Assembly (NCBI GenBank): GCA_002256025.1
Contig: NKIB01014275.1
Span: 1-45,321 of the forward strand
Direction of reading: 5' to 3'
Origin: Asterionella formosa
Taxonomy: Eukaryota
Length of the DNA stretch: 45,321 nt
This document shows positions 33,496 through 45,000 of this stretch, in pieces (the stretch's first letter is position 1; every line of letters begins with the position of its first letter). The notes beneath the pieces were generated by a model. It was not told the origin of the DNA, did not search any database, and was given only the letters and a program-made list of their open reading frames with translations. The translations under genes and the position numbers were made by a program.

Positions 33496-34803
33496 ATGAA
33501 AGGACAACAACCAATCCTCTGGACCATGTTGTTCTTCGCTTCCTTCGTCTGTTCTTCAACTGCAGCCTTTACATCTTCTAGTGCGTCGCCTGGCGTCTCG
33601 CACGTCGAGAGACGGAGGCTCGCTTTGTCCTCGTTCAAAGACGCATCAAGCGCCGCTGCTACCGTCCAGCCGGGTCCGCTATCCATGTCAATAGACGAAC
33701 TTGCCATTCATCTCGGAGGGTATGGACGAGCTAGAATTGCTTGGGATTGTTATCTCCTCGGCGTCGATCCCCTCGTCTACTTTAAGGCAGACCAGGAGGC
33801 GGACGAGGCCATCCAGGCGTTGCTACCCACCGGACGTCGGTCCACCACACTAGGAAAGGACGCCTTGCAACGATTGGCAGACCTTGGAGGGTTAGTGGAT
33901 GGAGGCATCGCCACCTTATCACACGTTTCTACCAGCTCGGACAAGACAACTAAGTTGCTTTTGCGGTTGGGCGACGGATTGCAAGTTGAGACTGTCATTA
34001 TTCCGTGGAATGATGAAAGGTCGACCTTATGTATTAGTTCGCAAGTTGGCTGTCGTCAGGCTTGCACGTTCTGTGCGACTGGCAAGATGGGGATGGTACG
34101 GAATCTCACGTCGGACGAAATGGTGGCTCAAGTATTTTTTGCTAATCGCATCACTCGTCTGAATCAACTTCCTGCCATCACTCACGTTGTTTTTATGGGG
34201 ATGGGTGAACCCTCAGACAACGCCGCCGCTGTAGTAAAGACAGCAAAGCAATTGACTACACGAGAACTATTTCAATTAAGTCGTACCAAGGTGACCATTT
34301 CGACAGTTGCACCCACTCCTGGTGTATTTGAGACATTGGCTCAAGCTAACGTCATGTTGGCATGGAGCGTTCATGCCAGTGATAATGTGTTACGAAATCG
34401 ACTAGTACCAACAACGAAGTATACCATGGAGGAATTGCGACAGGGTTTGATTGCAACAATGCAGAAACGACACCCAACGTCACTCAGAACTGTCATGGTA
34501 GAAATGGCACTCATGGCCGGGGTGAACGATCGACCAGAAGATGCAGACCATTTAGCTGAATTTCTATCACCTATTTTTAGTCTAGTGCCTGGTGCAAAAT
34601 TGGCCGTGAATCTCATTCCGTTTAACGATATTGGCCATGGGAGCACGTTCAGGACGCCCACTCAAGACGCAGTGATTGCCTTTCAACAACGATTATGGAA
34701 GCATGGTATAGCCGCTTTTGTACGAGCAACGAGAGGAGATGATGAGTCGGCAGCCTGTGGACAGTTGGCAACGAGCAAGAAAAAGAAATTGATTTTTTTA
34801 TAG
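33496..34803 (+). CDS. rlmN: RlmN-family radical SAM RNA methyltransferase, probably plastid-targeted
   Basis: CISSQVGC, CRQACTFC (CX3CX2C), MGMGEP, NLIPFN, AACGQL; signal peptide ending ...STAAF. The ORF is open from 33361. Confidence 0.92.
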   Translation: MKGQQPILWTMLFFASFVCSSTAAFTSSSASPGVSHVERRRLALSSFKDASSAAATVQPGPLSMSIDELAIHLGGYGRARIAWDCYLLGVDPLVYFKADQEADEAIQALLPTGRRSTTLGKDALQRLADLGGLVDGGIATLSHVSTSSDKTTKLLLRLGDGLQVETVIIPWNDERSTLCISSQVGCRQACTFCATGKMGMVRNLTSDEMVAQVFFANRITRLNQLPAITHVVFMGMGEPSDNAAAVVKTAKQLTTRELFQLSRTKVTISTVAPTPGVFETLAQANVMLAWSVHASDNVLRNRLVPTTKYTMEELRQGLIATMQKRHPTSLRTVMVEMALMAGVNDRPEDADHLAEFLSPIFSLVPGAKLAVNLIPFNDIGHGSTFRTPTQDAVIAFQQRLWKHGIAAFVRATRGDDESAACGQLATSKKKKLIFL

Positions 34804-35242
34804 GATTTTTATCGTGAAGTGCCAATGTAACAACTACTCTAAAAAAGCGGAAGAAGTGGGGTAAGAGCAGCAAAATCTTTTTGTTTAGGACATGGGTGAT
34901 GCGAGTTCCTCAGAAAGTTTCCCGCATTAAATCAAGTTGCACCTAATTGTTGTTGTTCCTGCAGCAGTTATGATCGTGATTGCTTCTCCTTCTACTTCTT
35001 TGCTGTGATGCCAATTCAGCGTCATTCCTAGGAGTTACGACATCAAAGTTCATAAAGTGCTTTCTGAGGATGGCTTCATTCGTTTTCCATGTTCTCGTTT
35101 TTCAGGGAGGCTGTTGGGTTCATAACTGTAGCCATCCATTCATTAATCCTTTCGAAGCAACGATGAAAAAGCAAGACCAGGAGACTACGTCGTAGGAACA
35201 GCAAACGAGCAATGAATGAAAGCTATAACATGACATGATACG

Positions 35243-36133
35243 TTACAACACTTTCCTCTTTCTTGCTGTATTTTGGTATGGACGTGACACAAACTCATTG
35301 TCCGCTTCTTTCTGTTCCAAAGTGCCCAATCGAATTTGATACAATTTCAGTTCAAATCGAGGCCCCACTTCATGCAAGACTACTGTATCATGGCCTTGTT
35401 TAGCATACATGTGATGACGGAAACTGATATAGTCCTCTTGATTGCAAAAGGTCACCACACGCTTCGAATCTTGCTTTGGCACGGGGAACAAACATTTGAG
35501 AATATTCCCTACCCGCTTTCCCATTTTGGAATCAAATCCCTCCAAGAGTATATGTGGATAGGCTTCACTCATGGGCGCTGATCCCCCCTCCAAATCGTGT
35601 CGAAGGACGGCGTTGGTAATGGTAAAGAAGGCAGTGGGTCCCATGGGCAAGTGTGAAATGACAAGTCCATCCGGTTCTCCTCTTGTTTCTTGTACCATAA
35701 CAAGATCTGTGAATTCCGCCTGCTTGCAAGATTCCATCAACTCGTCTACTCGGTTGTTTCCTCGATTGATCCGTGTTGAATTAGGAAATAAGAGTTTGAT
35801 TTCTTTACAAAACTGTTTCAGTCTTGACGAAGGGTCACGGGAGGTTGTAACACAGACGCTGGGTTCGATGAGTCCGGCGTCTCCATATTCATCGTCAACA
35901 TGCGAATGAGGGGTTTGAGTCTTGCTGTCTTCCAAATCTATTTCCGTCTTGAGCTTGTCAAAGGACGCTCGGACTTCGGTGGGAAGGGGTTTGCCCTTGG
36001 CGAGTGCTTCACGCACTAGGCGCTTTTGTTCGTACGTTGTTTGTTCTTTGCCCTCCAGGGACTTGCGGTACAAATATTCACGGCGGAGGCGAGTGGACCG
36101 TCGTTGTGATGCGGCAGTTGCAAACGAAGGCAT
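35243..36133 (-). CDS. IMP4: U3 snoRNP protein Imp4 (Brix domain), 296 aa
   Basis: RLRREYLYRKS, TTSRDPSSRLKQF, SHLPMGPTA, DYISFRHH, EVGPRFELKLYQI. Confidence 0.97.
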   Translation of the reverse strand: MPSFATAASQRRSTRLRREYLYRKSLEGKEQTTYEQKRLVREALAKGKPLPTEVRASFDKLKTEIDLEDSKTQTPHSHVDDEYGDAGLIEPSVCVTTSRDPSSRLKQFCKEIKLLFPNSTRINRGNNRVDELMESCKQAEFTDLVMVQETRGEPDGLVISHLPMGPTAFFTITNAVLRHDLEGGSAPMSEAYPHILLEGFDSKMGKRVGNILKCLFPVPKQDSKRVVTFCNQEDYISFRHHMYAKQGHDTVVLHEVGPRFELKLYQIRLGTLEQKEADNEFVSRPYQNTARKRKVL

Positions 36134-36828
36134 GGTGGCGCGGAGGGCGGGGTTGTGTTATACCGGTAGATGCTTTGCTGTCCTAAACCAACTTGTTTCA
36201 GACAACCCAAATTGTGATCATTCCGTCTTGCTTTGTTTGGAAATTACATGCCGGTCTCAGAGTAACAGGTTACCTGGTACCAGTACTATCCAATATTTAT
36301 TACTGTGGTTATGGCTATATTTTATTGCGCATGTAGAAACGGTCATTCGTAGGCAGAAAACCGGGTACCTGGTACCAGTAATAAAACCCAGAGGAATCGA
36401 ATATATTATTACCGGTGTGTTTGCATGGTGATCGCTTGATCAGGACCGGTTGAATTATTATTTCTGTACATTATGTCATTTCGGTTTTGGGGCGGAGGAG
36501 GTACTTTGGTTGGCTCTGCACAATGGCTCAACACCAATTAAGGAAGTATGGTAAATACTATGCCAGTATACCGGTATACACCGACATGTATTCTACCGGT
36601 ATGGTACCTGGTACCTGGTACCATGTACCAGGAACCTGGTCCCAGTACTAGAGCTAAAGCATATACCAGTATTACGAAGTACCAGTAATCATACCGGTTG
36701 GCTTTTATGTTTTGATTTGTCCCTTCCTTCCTTACTTACAAATAACAAACAACAACAACAACAACAACAACAATAATATTAACGTGTTATTGATTCGACA
36801 ACTGACTGCTACTACTCCTGAAGGCAAC
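36134..36828. promoter_or_regulatory. Putative bidirectional promoter between IMP4 and TRM8, rich in GGTACC/TACCGGTA/GTACCAG
   Basis: Head-to-head genes; dense palindromic motifs, e.g. TGGTACCTGGTACCTGGTACCA at 36602-36623. Confidence 0.55.
36748..36771 (+). repeat. (AAC)8 microsatellite upstream of the TRM8 ATG
   Basis: Direct reading. Confidence 0.9.
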
Positions 36829-37668
36829 ATGGCAGAACCCAATACTATGAATAACACGAAGAAGCGCTCGTTGGACGACGACGATGACGACGATGATGAT
36901 ATCATTACGCCCATTACTGCCGAGGGCGACATGCCGAAAAAGAAGTTTTATCGATCCCGGGCCCATTGCAATCCACTCAGTCACAATGACACGTTCGATT
37001 ATCCTATGGATCCAACTCACATGAATTGGTGTGAATCGCACTATCCAAACATGGCTCCAGGCACGGTCCCTACCGTATTGGACATTGGATGTGGTTTTGG
37101 TGGCCTTACTGTGGCCTTGGCCACTCTGCTTCCCACCGAAAGAATTTTAGGGATGGAAATTCGGGCGAAGGTGTCAGAATATGTCCGATTGAGGATTGTT
37201 GCGCTTCGCAAGGACCATCCCGGAGACTATAACAATGCATCTGTCCTACGGACCAACTCCATGAAGTTTCTTCCCCATTACTTTCAACCGGCATCATTGA
37301 CCAAACTGTTTTTCTGCTTTCCTGATCCACATTTCAAACGCAAGAATCATCCACGTAGGATCATATCAGAACGATTGTTATCAGAATATGCTTACTATCT
37401 CAAGGACGGTGGGAAATTGTATTGTATTACAGATGTCCAAGAATTGCATGAATGGCATGTGGAAAAATGCGACGCTCATCCACTTTTTCAACGGATTGCC
37501 GACTGTGAAAGTGACATATGTGTCGAAGCGATGAAAACAAAAACCGAAGAATCACAAAAAGTAGACAGGGCTGGAAGTAGCAAATACTATGCAGTCTACG
37601 AGCGGATAGGGAATGATCAAGTCAAGCAAGTAACGGCAAGCAACTTTTTCCAACTCAACGAAATATAG
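36829..37668 (+). CDS. TRM8: tRNA (guanine-N7)-methyltransferase catalytic subunit (Trm8/METTL1)
   Basis: KKFYRSRAHCNPLS, DIGCGFGGL, GMEIR, FPDPHFK, TEESQKV; first ATG at 36829. Confidence 0.96.
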   Translation: MAEPNTMNNTKKRSLDDDDDDDDDIITPITAEGDMPKKKFYRSRAHCNPLSHNDTFDYPMDPTHMNWCESHYPNMAPGTVPTVLDIGCGFGGLTVALATLLPTERILGMEIRAKVSEYVRLRIVALRKDHPGDYNNASVLRTNSMKFLPHYFQPASLTKLFFCFPDPHFKRKNHPRRIISERLLSEYAYYLKDGGKLYCITDVQELHEWHVEKCDAHPLFQRIADCESDICVEAMKTKTEESQKVDRAGSSKYYAVYERIGNDQVKQVTASNFFQLNEI

Positions 37669-39452
37669 AATGTGGGCGTTCCAAGGGAACTGCAACTAGA
37701 AATGGATTCCAAAAATAAGAAAAAAACAACTGCATTAGTTTTTGAGTTTCTCTCTGTTGTTTTAGCTAAAATCCCGGGCTGCACAAGTTATAGGGTTCAG
37801 TATCAGACAAGATACCCTTTCCCCTCTTATGTCCCCTGAACTCAATCTGCTTGATCAACAGAATAGCACAGGGTAAAATGTGCATACTTTTATCCTCATG
37901 CACCCCACTATCAGCATTGAGACCAAGGTACAATGCTGCTGGTTTAATGACATTTGATGGTAAAATAAGCATTTGGCCATTCATGAAACAGGTACCAGCA
38001 ACCAGGAAGTTGGAGAAAAGAGGTAGATGAGCATTATAATTCTAGATATACTAGAGTATTTGTATGACCTGCTACCCTTGTTTTTGTTATCGAGTTTACG
38101 TTTTCTGGCTGATTAGATTTTCTCAACATTATCTACATCAATTGCTTCCTTTTTGACCATTGTATCAAGGAAGAAAGATTGGCCACTCCAAATCTACGTA
38201 CACTCTTTCGCCAAATCACAACATCGAAAGAGTTTTCCGATATCTCCTGCATCTCAGCATACTTACCAAGGATGTATTTTTGCCATTTACATTTAAATGC
38301 CTGCCAATTAAACCAAAATGATAACAAGCCGAGCCATCGCTCCTCCACCCCTTGTTGTGCTCTCCCCACCATTGTTGTCTCCCAACAAAATGATCGCAAT
38401 CGCAGTCTCCACTTTATCAGTTAAGTCATCTAGTATAATACTTTGATGGAACCCAATCATGCTCCTCCTTGGCACACATTGCGTCTATAGACATGATTAA
38501 TGGCATAGGTACACCCATTGTTGTTGGCATTGTGGCCTAAGCCTGCTTGCTCATGCATCGATTTTCCTTTTTCTTGTGCCAAATTTTTTAGTGAGGCCTT
38601 TTTGCTATTCTTTGTTGAATTTGTAGTCAACTGATCTTGCTTGAATATCGCATATCGGTCCATGTAATGGTAAACCCCAATGCTGTTTAGAGAAATTCAA
38701 GTAATCCAATAGCCCTAAATGGTGCTCATTTATTACTATTTAGTGTTATAATTGCCTAAATTTACTAAGCTAACCAACACACCTGTCGTCCACATTGTCT
38801 CGCATAGGCTTATTATGGAGCTTCTACAGCGGCCAGGTCTAGCAAAAGTGAGATGCCTAGCAGCACTGTTTAAGGGTCTTGCTTGCATTCTCTGAGGAAA
38901 ATTTAAAAAACTAAAAATTCCCTCACAAGTATCCTATTCCAATGAAGAAATATCAGTGGATTGTGATTATTCCAATATTTGCTTGGAGACCGAAAGGCTG
39001 ATTTGGTCGAATTTTAACATGATGATTGCTCAACATTCTTGGTTGGGTAAGAGGGCAAATAAAACACACCAAATAGGATCAGTTTAAATTCTGGCGAGAA
39101 AGTACAGAAAGGAACTTCTGATCTGCTACTATGCCAAAAACGCCTTCCCCCCTTTTTTCTAGCCTTTTTAGCATAGTAAAAAGACACAAACTAAGCCGTT
39201 TAATGCCCTGGGATTTAAGATGACCTTCAGCAAGGGTAATTGGAATGCTAAAGAGTAAACTTATTGGAAATAAATAGAGCAATAGATGCAAGCAATGAAA
39301 AATTTGTTAGTATGAGTCATGTATACTAGAATATCAACTGGTGCTCATAGTGGACGTATGTTGCTTGGCCTCGATAAAATCATCATCAGAATCGATATCA
39401 TTAGTATGCACTTCAAGGCTGCGCATCGATCCATTTGTGACCACCTTCCAAA

Positions 39453-40132
39453 TCACAAATGCAACAAGTTGGAGAATATCCACGCCATTTTATCTTTACT
39501 GACAACTGTTTCCATCATATGGCAATAGTTTTTCAACTTTCCCGACCTACTGGATCTTCCACCTCCATAGTTGTAATTATCGGCATTGCAAGCAATATCT
39601 GCAGGAAAACAGAGCTCAATGGTTTTGTCACTATGATTCTTAGTGTCATCAATCTCAGATGCTACCATTTTCTTAATCATCAAGATAGTAGCACACATTT
39701 CAGTTCCATCCAGTTCATGCATCTTTTTCAAATCCTTCGTCATGTATGTAACAACAGCAGGTTCCTTGATCATGATTGAGCATCCATCTGTATTAAGATA
39801 TGCCTTTGTTTGCTTGTAATCCCTCAAGTTGAAGAGAGACTTGAATATGAGAATCACATCAAGAACATTTTGGTGATACAACCAAGCAAGGTGAAACAAA
39901 AGATCATCATTCCACCTGGATTCTTTTCTGGGTGCACGAGACAGATTGTATGCACCTCTTGGTATGGGTCATTGTCTGGAGGTTCTTGAGGTGGATCATT
40001 GTTACGGCAAGCATTGGAGGAATGAGTGGATGGAGGTGGTGAAGAAAAGCAATTTTCTAGGAAGGCACGATTGTTGCTGTTAGAGAGCATGATAGTAGTG
40101 CTAGATTTAACTTTCTCTGGGAGTAATAGCAA
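39453..40132 (-). pseudogene. Frameshifted ORF remnant of unknown function, likely TE-derived
   Basis: Two overlapping minus-strand ORFs (39854-40132, 39453-39899) read as one protein-like sequence within a CpG-poor interval. Confidence 0.3.
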
Positions 40133-41402
40133 GCAACAATGGCACAGCAGTAGACAAAGGCGACTGGTTGGCTGGGAACTTCTTTATTGTTGCCTCAAAA
40201 AGAACTTTCCGGATTTTCACTCCCCTCCTCGTCTAGCTCGTCGTTTTCTTTCAAGTCCTGGATTAGGATGTTGCGTTGGTGACAAAGATCAATGAATCTG
40301 TCAAAGTTTAGTTTTCTCAACGATATAAAAAAGTCATGCCAGTGTTGGACTTGTCGCCTGAATATACTTCCTGCAGCCCAAAAAACGACAGGATTGTTCC
40401 TACAAATCTTTGAAAACTTGGTAAATCGAAGATGCGAAAGTAAGCTTGTTAAGATGGCCTTGTCATAGCTATTTTTGATTTTGGTACAACTGCTGCCTGC
40501 TGTCTCGCCACTGGAAAGTTCATTCTATGTTTGCACAGTCATGGTAACCGAAAATGAAATCATGATAGAGTCATCTGATTTCTGTTTCTTGCTGTTGTAG
40601 TACACACTGATTTGGGAAAAGTCTTGAAAGCAAGGTAATTATTTATATAGCTTCAGCTTCTCCTATCATGTCTTGAAAAAGTCAGCATGCATGCTCAAGC
40701 AATGGGGTAGAAGTGATTTGGACCAAAAAATGTCAACAGCCACTTTTGGGCCATTACAGATAAAGAACTGGTATGAGATTGCAGTGTTCAAGTATGAACA
40801 ATGCTGTTCCTTGCTTGCAAAGGAAGAATTTTGTGTAATACAGGTTTATTTTATTGCAAATATTTGTCTCAAACCGTGTGATTACCCGTTATTGTTTTGA
40901 CTATCAGTACAAAACTGAAAGGTTTTATGACTCTCAGTTTATAGGTGGTGGTGGTGGTACTGTTATAAGGAGGGACGACTTTCCCGCATCTCCCTGGAGA
41001 CGAGCCATCATAGTACGTAAACAGAATGTTTGGCTGAGCGATGTATGAACAAGAGGACCTTCGCGCTTCCTCAAAGATGTTCTTGCATCTCATTCATCCC
41101 GCGTTAATACCCGGTAGTTGGGAGCTTCCAGGAACCACGTGATTCAGATCATTATGACACTTGAGTGTACACACGGACCAGAGTTGTCAGCTGCACCATA
41201 CTTACATTCTAATTTCTATGTATGTATTGATGTTGTATCCTTGTATCTAATAGACTGGAATACCGGGTATTAATCCCATGTGATTATTACACACGATTTA
41301 TTTGTTTTCTGTAGAAGCAGCAGCATCATCATTTCTGTAATATATGGTATCATATTTTCTTCCATCATCAGCTTTAACCAATCATCAGTTCAACTTGACG
41401 CA

Positions 41403-43025
41403 ATGACCAAGCTTTGTTTGATTGTCTTGCTCCCTCTGCTTTTCTCCGGACAGGTGAATGCAGCATTTAACGCTACTTCAGCCGCTAACTCAACTTCATC
41501 AAACATCACCAACATTTCCTCTTCGGAGTCACCAAGTCAAGCACCTTCTTACTATGACCCTTTCGTGCCTTTAACGGTTTTCATTCCACCATGGGGCGAA
41601 ACAGCTTTTGGAGGATTTGGAAATTCGGGTTATCGCTTTTCGGGATTGTCAGACATTCGTCGCAATGGATGGAGCTGGACGTCGTCGTCTCTCAGCAAGT
41701 CAGCTCCCTTCTGTTACGACATCCAACCTCGGCCATTTGGGGAAGATAACGGTGTCGGCAATTCTGGGACTGGTGGCCTCACTTCTACTTGCTACACTAC
41801 CGGAGTCATCGAAATGTGCAACAATCTTGGGGGGACCGCGTCCTATGCCAATACAATGTGCATTGCAGATCCGAGCAAGCCCTTCGAAGTAGTGGGTCCA
41901 GTCTGCTGGAATCAAACATGCTACAATGAAAAAACATTTGCAACATGCAAGGCTTTGGGTGGTCAGTTTGTGGGTGGACAATACAACTCGAGATATAATG
42001 GCCATATCATTAATACCACCGATTACCGCGAACCTCCCTATTCTGATGCCGCCTGGTGCGCTGTACCGGGCAAACATACAGTTGTGGGACCAGCTTGTTA
42101 TGGGCAAGAGTGTTTCAAAGATGAATTAGCAACTGCCTGTAAGTCTTTGGGTGGAACTAGCTTTGCTGACATCTTTTGCCTCCTTGATGATTCATATACA
42201 GTGATTGGACCCATTTGCAAGCCCACAGAGAATTATACTGAGAACGCCAGCGTGTGCTATCCGGATGAGACAGCCAAGTTGTGTCAAGAAATGGATGGGA
42301 CGAACATTGGCGACATTTTCTGCATTGTCAAGGGTGAATATTCTGTACTTGGTCCATTCTGTCACGTTGACTATGTTAAGGATGATGCAAACATAACCGA
42401 AACAGTCTATCCAATATGCACCAATGGAACTGATGTATGCACCAATCTTGGTGGTAAATCGATGGCTGATGGAACATTTTGTATCTTGGAAGAAAATGAC
42501 TACACTTTGATGGGGCCATTTTGCTTTGTTTCTGGGTGCTATTCTGTACCGACGACAGAGGAAGGTTATACGGAGTCAACTTGTGATTCGCTCTTGGGGG
42601 GAACTACTCTTGGCGATTTTAGTTGCATTTTGAAGGGTGATTACACTGTCGTCGGTCCACTTGCTTGGGGTGATGGTACTGACCTATTGTTTTTCAATGG
42701 GTATGAACTCGGGAAAGACTTAGACCAATCCAGTATCATCTTCCCTCTGAAAGGTGCAATGCCGGCTTGGATCCTTTTGAACGGAAAATTCTCTGTTTAT
42801 GGGCCTACCTGCTATGGAAGTAGTTGCAATACCGGCAACGAAGACTGCATGGCAGCTGGAGGGTCAAATTTTGGCAACACATTCTGTCTAGTCTTAGATG
42901 TTTCCACCTCTCCCACAAGTGGACCTATCTCTCTCACAAGTGGAGCAACATTCACTGTTGCCAGTCCAGCTTTTGGATTGCTCTACGTGATGGTCTCCAT
43001 GTCCATGATTTTTGGTATTTGGTAA
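41403..43025 (+). CDS. Secreted/membrane-anchored cysteine-rich repeat protein (~540 aa)
   Basis: Signal peptide MTKLCLIVLLPLLFSGQVNA, Ser/Thr stalk with N-glycan sequons, about 7 GPxC..C..C..LGG..FC repeats, hydrophobic C-terminus (GPI signal or TM). Confidence 0.88.
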   Translation: MTKLCLIVLLPLLFSGQVNAAFNATSAANSTSSNITNISSSESPSQAPSYYDPFVPLTVFIPPWGETAFGGFGNSGYRFSGLSDIRRNGWSWTSSSLSKSAPFCYDIQPRPFGEDNGVGNSGTGGLTSTCYTTGVIEMCNNLGGTASYANTMCIADPSKPFEVVGPVCWNQTCYNEKTFATCKALGGQFVGGQYNSRYNGHIINTTDYREPPYSDAAWCAVPGKHTVVGPACYGQECFKDELATACKSLGGTSFADIFCLLDDSYTVIGPICKPTENYTENASVCYPDETAKLCQEMDGTNIGDIFCIVKGEYSVLGPFCHVDYVKDDANITETVYPICTNGTDVCTNLGGKSMADGTFCILEENDYTLMGPFCFVSGCYSVPTTEEGYTESTCDSLLGGTTLGDFSCILKGDYTVVGPLAWGDGTDLLFFNGYELGKDLDQSSIIFPLKGAMPAWILLNGKFSVYGPTCYGSSCNTGNEDCMAAGGSNFGNTFCLVLDVSTSPTSGPISLTSGATFTVASPAFGLLYVMVSMSMIFGIW

Positions 43026-43750
43026 ACGCAATTTGTAACTCGACTTTCTGAAGCATGGACACAGTGATGGAAAATGAAATGTCAAATGAGATTGATCCAT
43101 GACCACATGCAACCATGATGTGAAATCATTTATTATTGTTGCCGTTGTAGCTTGATATGAATGACAATTGACCTTTAGCCACTTCATGATAAATTATCTT
43201 TACTCCTAGATCAGCTCCAAAGCTTCCCTTTAGCTAGCTTGTGTGATTTTCTATTACCGGTCATCTCAAGAATCTAGAAATATGGTACTTGTTGGGCATC
43301 TTCTTAACAACGACAGCAATTACCGATTAATTGACAAGCAATGAAGCACATTTAAGCTTCGCTCTAATACGCAATTGCACCTTTCCATACGGCTCCTATA
43401 CTTCAAGCCATGCCTCGATCTAGTACACCAACACTACCATACCTATTGCATATTTCTAATCTCTAGCAAATGACAATGAAACCATCACATCGGTCCTCCT
43501 AAGAATTGACAAAGTAGAATTCATCCTGTCCTCTGCCACTTTCAACCAAACAGTATGTTCCTATCTCCTGTTGATGGTCCTTAATGCCAGTTTCAAATGA
43601 CAGAGAACTTGAAGTGTTGAGTTCTGAATAGCTAGAGACAGACGAGAATTCATTCAAAGTTGATGGATTTATTTATATATGAGATTTTTCACACTTTTGT
43701 CACGTGGTTCATTCAACGCGACTCACTCACACCCACACAGTGCATTAACC

Positions 43751-44500
43751 TTAGATGACTTCATTTTCTTCGATTTCTTCCACAGTAATATCTTCATGGC
43801 CCTTCTGGGCATTTCCGACAGTAGTCACCTTCTGAATTGTAGAACTGCCGTCCGCATCCAAGGCACCGGCATCCATTCCCTCACGGAGCGGACGGCCTTT
43901 GCTGTTGCGACGAGCCATAATGCCCACCCCAAGGAGTAATCCAATGGCCAAACCAACTCCCAAAGCAATACCTACGGACTCACCAGGCGAGAATTTTTTG
44001 CTCGACGATGACAATGACGATGCCTGCTGGTTCTCTTGGATTCTCTGTTTGATCGCTGCCGTCTTGATCGTTTCACAAAAGTCCCCTCCATGATCTGGAT
44101 CACATTCACATCTATAGGTAACTCCTGGGGCATCGTCCGAATCATCACTGATAGCGCACACCGCACCATTCAAACACTGCTTGCCATCCTTACATTGAAC
44201 ATACGAGATAGTGCAAGAACTTCCTTTCCATCCAGTAGGACAGTCACAGGAGTAGTCCGATAGGAGAGGTTCTCCTTGCGAGTGCTCGGTCGATTTCAAT
44301 TGACAAGTCCCACCATTCGAGCAAGCCAAAAGACATTTGGTATGGCAAAACGCACCAGTGAAATTTGTAGCGCAGTGACATGAATTGTTGGTACACGTCC
44401 CACCATGCAAGCATTGGGTGTGAGAGGTGCACGCACCGCCCCCAGTTTGAGCCGATGTGAGAGAAACGAAGAGTGCGACGAGGAGGAAAACAACCTTCAT
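43751..44500 (-). CDS. Type I membrane protein with three EGF-like repeats, 249 aa
   Basis: Signal peptide, three six-Cys units (CLHGGTC, CSNGGTC, CLNGAVC ... CxC...GxxC), TM SVGIALGVGLAIGLLLGVGIMA followed by RR. Confidence 0.92.
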   Translation of the reverse strand: MKVVFLLVALFVSLTSAQTGGGACTSHTQCLHGGTCTNNSCHCATNFTGAFCHTKCLLACSNGGTCQLKSTEHSQGEPLLSDYSCDCPTGWKGSSCTISYVQCKDGKQCLNGAVCAISDDSDDAPGVTYRCECDPDHGGDFCETIKTAAIKQRIQENQQASSLSSSSKKFSPGESVGIALGVGLAIGLLLGVGIMARRNSKGRPLREGMDAGALDADGSSTIQKVTTVGNAQKGHEDITVEEIEENEVI

Positions 44501-44684
44501 GGTTTACGTATGATAATTTTGAAAGAGTATTCTACCTTGATCGGAATGTAGAGAGCTGGAATGGGTTTCAACTGGATACCTGGTAACAAGGCAGCAACAA
44601 GAATGAGAGCAAAGGTGTCGTCGATTATTCGATTATATCCGTTCAAATTTGCATAATCGCGTCTGTGCAGTTTTCAACAAAAAC

Positions 44685-44937
44685 GTGGTACCTGGTACCG
44701 CAACTTGCAGGTACCAGGTCAATTATATTTACCCTGGGAGTACCAGTACCAGTAACGGTACCAGCACCCGGAGCCAGGAACCAGGTACCAGGTACTCCGC
44801 CGGAGTCCCTGCAACAGTTCTGTATGCTGTACACGATATTGTTAGTATAAGTAAACCAACAATATTTCAACGCATGTGCGTCCCGGCTTCCCAGCACACC
44901 GGTAGACTACTACCTGGTACCGGTACCGGTACCGGTA
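44685..44937. repeat. GGTACC/GTACCAG-rich low-complexity tract upstream of the EGF gene
   Basis: Many copies, including (GGTACC)3 at 44916-44933. Confidence 0.75.
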
Positions 44938-44953
44938 TTCGTTACTGTGGTTG

Positions 44954-45000
44954 AAACATGAATAACAAAGGACTAAACATGAATAACAAAGGACTAAACA
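44954..45000 (+). repeat. 21-bp tandem duplication AAACATGAATAACAAAGGACT (2.2 copies)
   Basis: 44954-44974, 44975-44995, plus a partial third copy. Confidence 0.9.

Noticed and set aside
33361..34803. Cfr resistance gene or bacterial contamination
   Set aside because: Eukaryotic targeting presequence and eukaryotic neighbours (IMP4, TRM8, LIG1); consistent with a housekeeping RlmN.
36712..36828. Poly-Asn N-terminal extension of Trm8
   Set aside because: The ORF track starts at TTG; the first ATG is at 36829, so the AAC repeat is likely untranslated.
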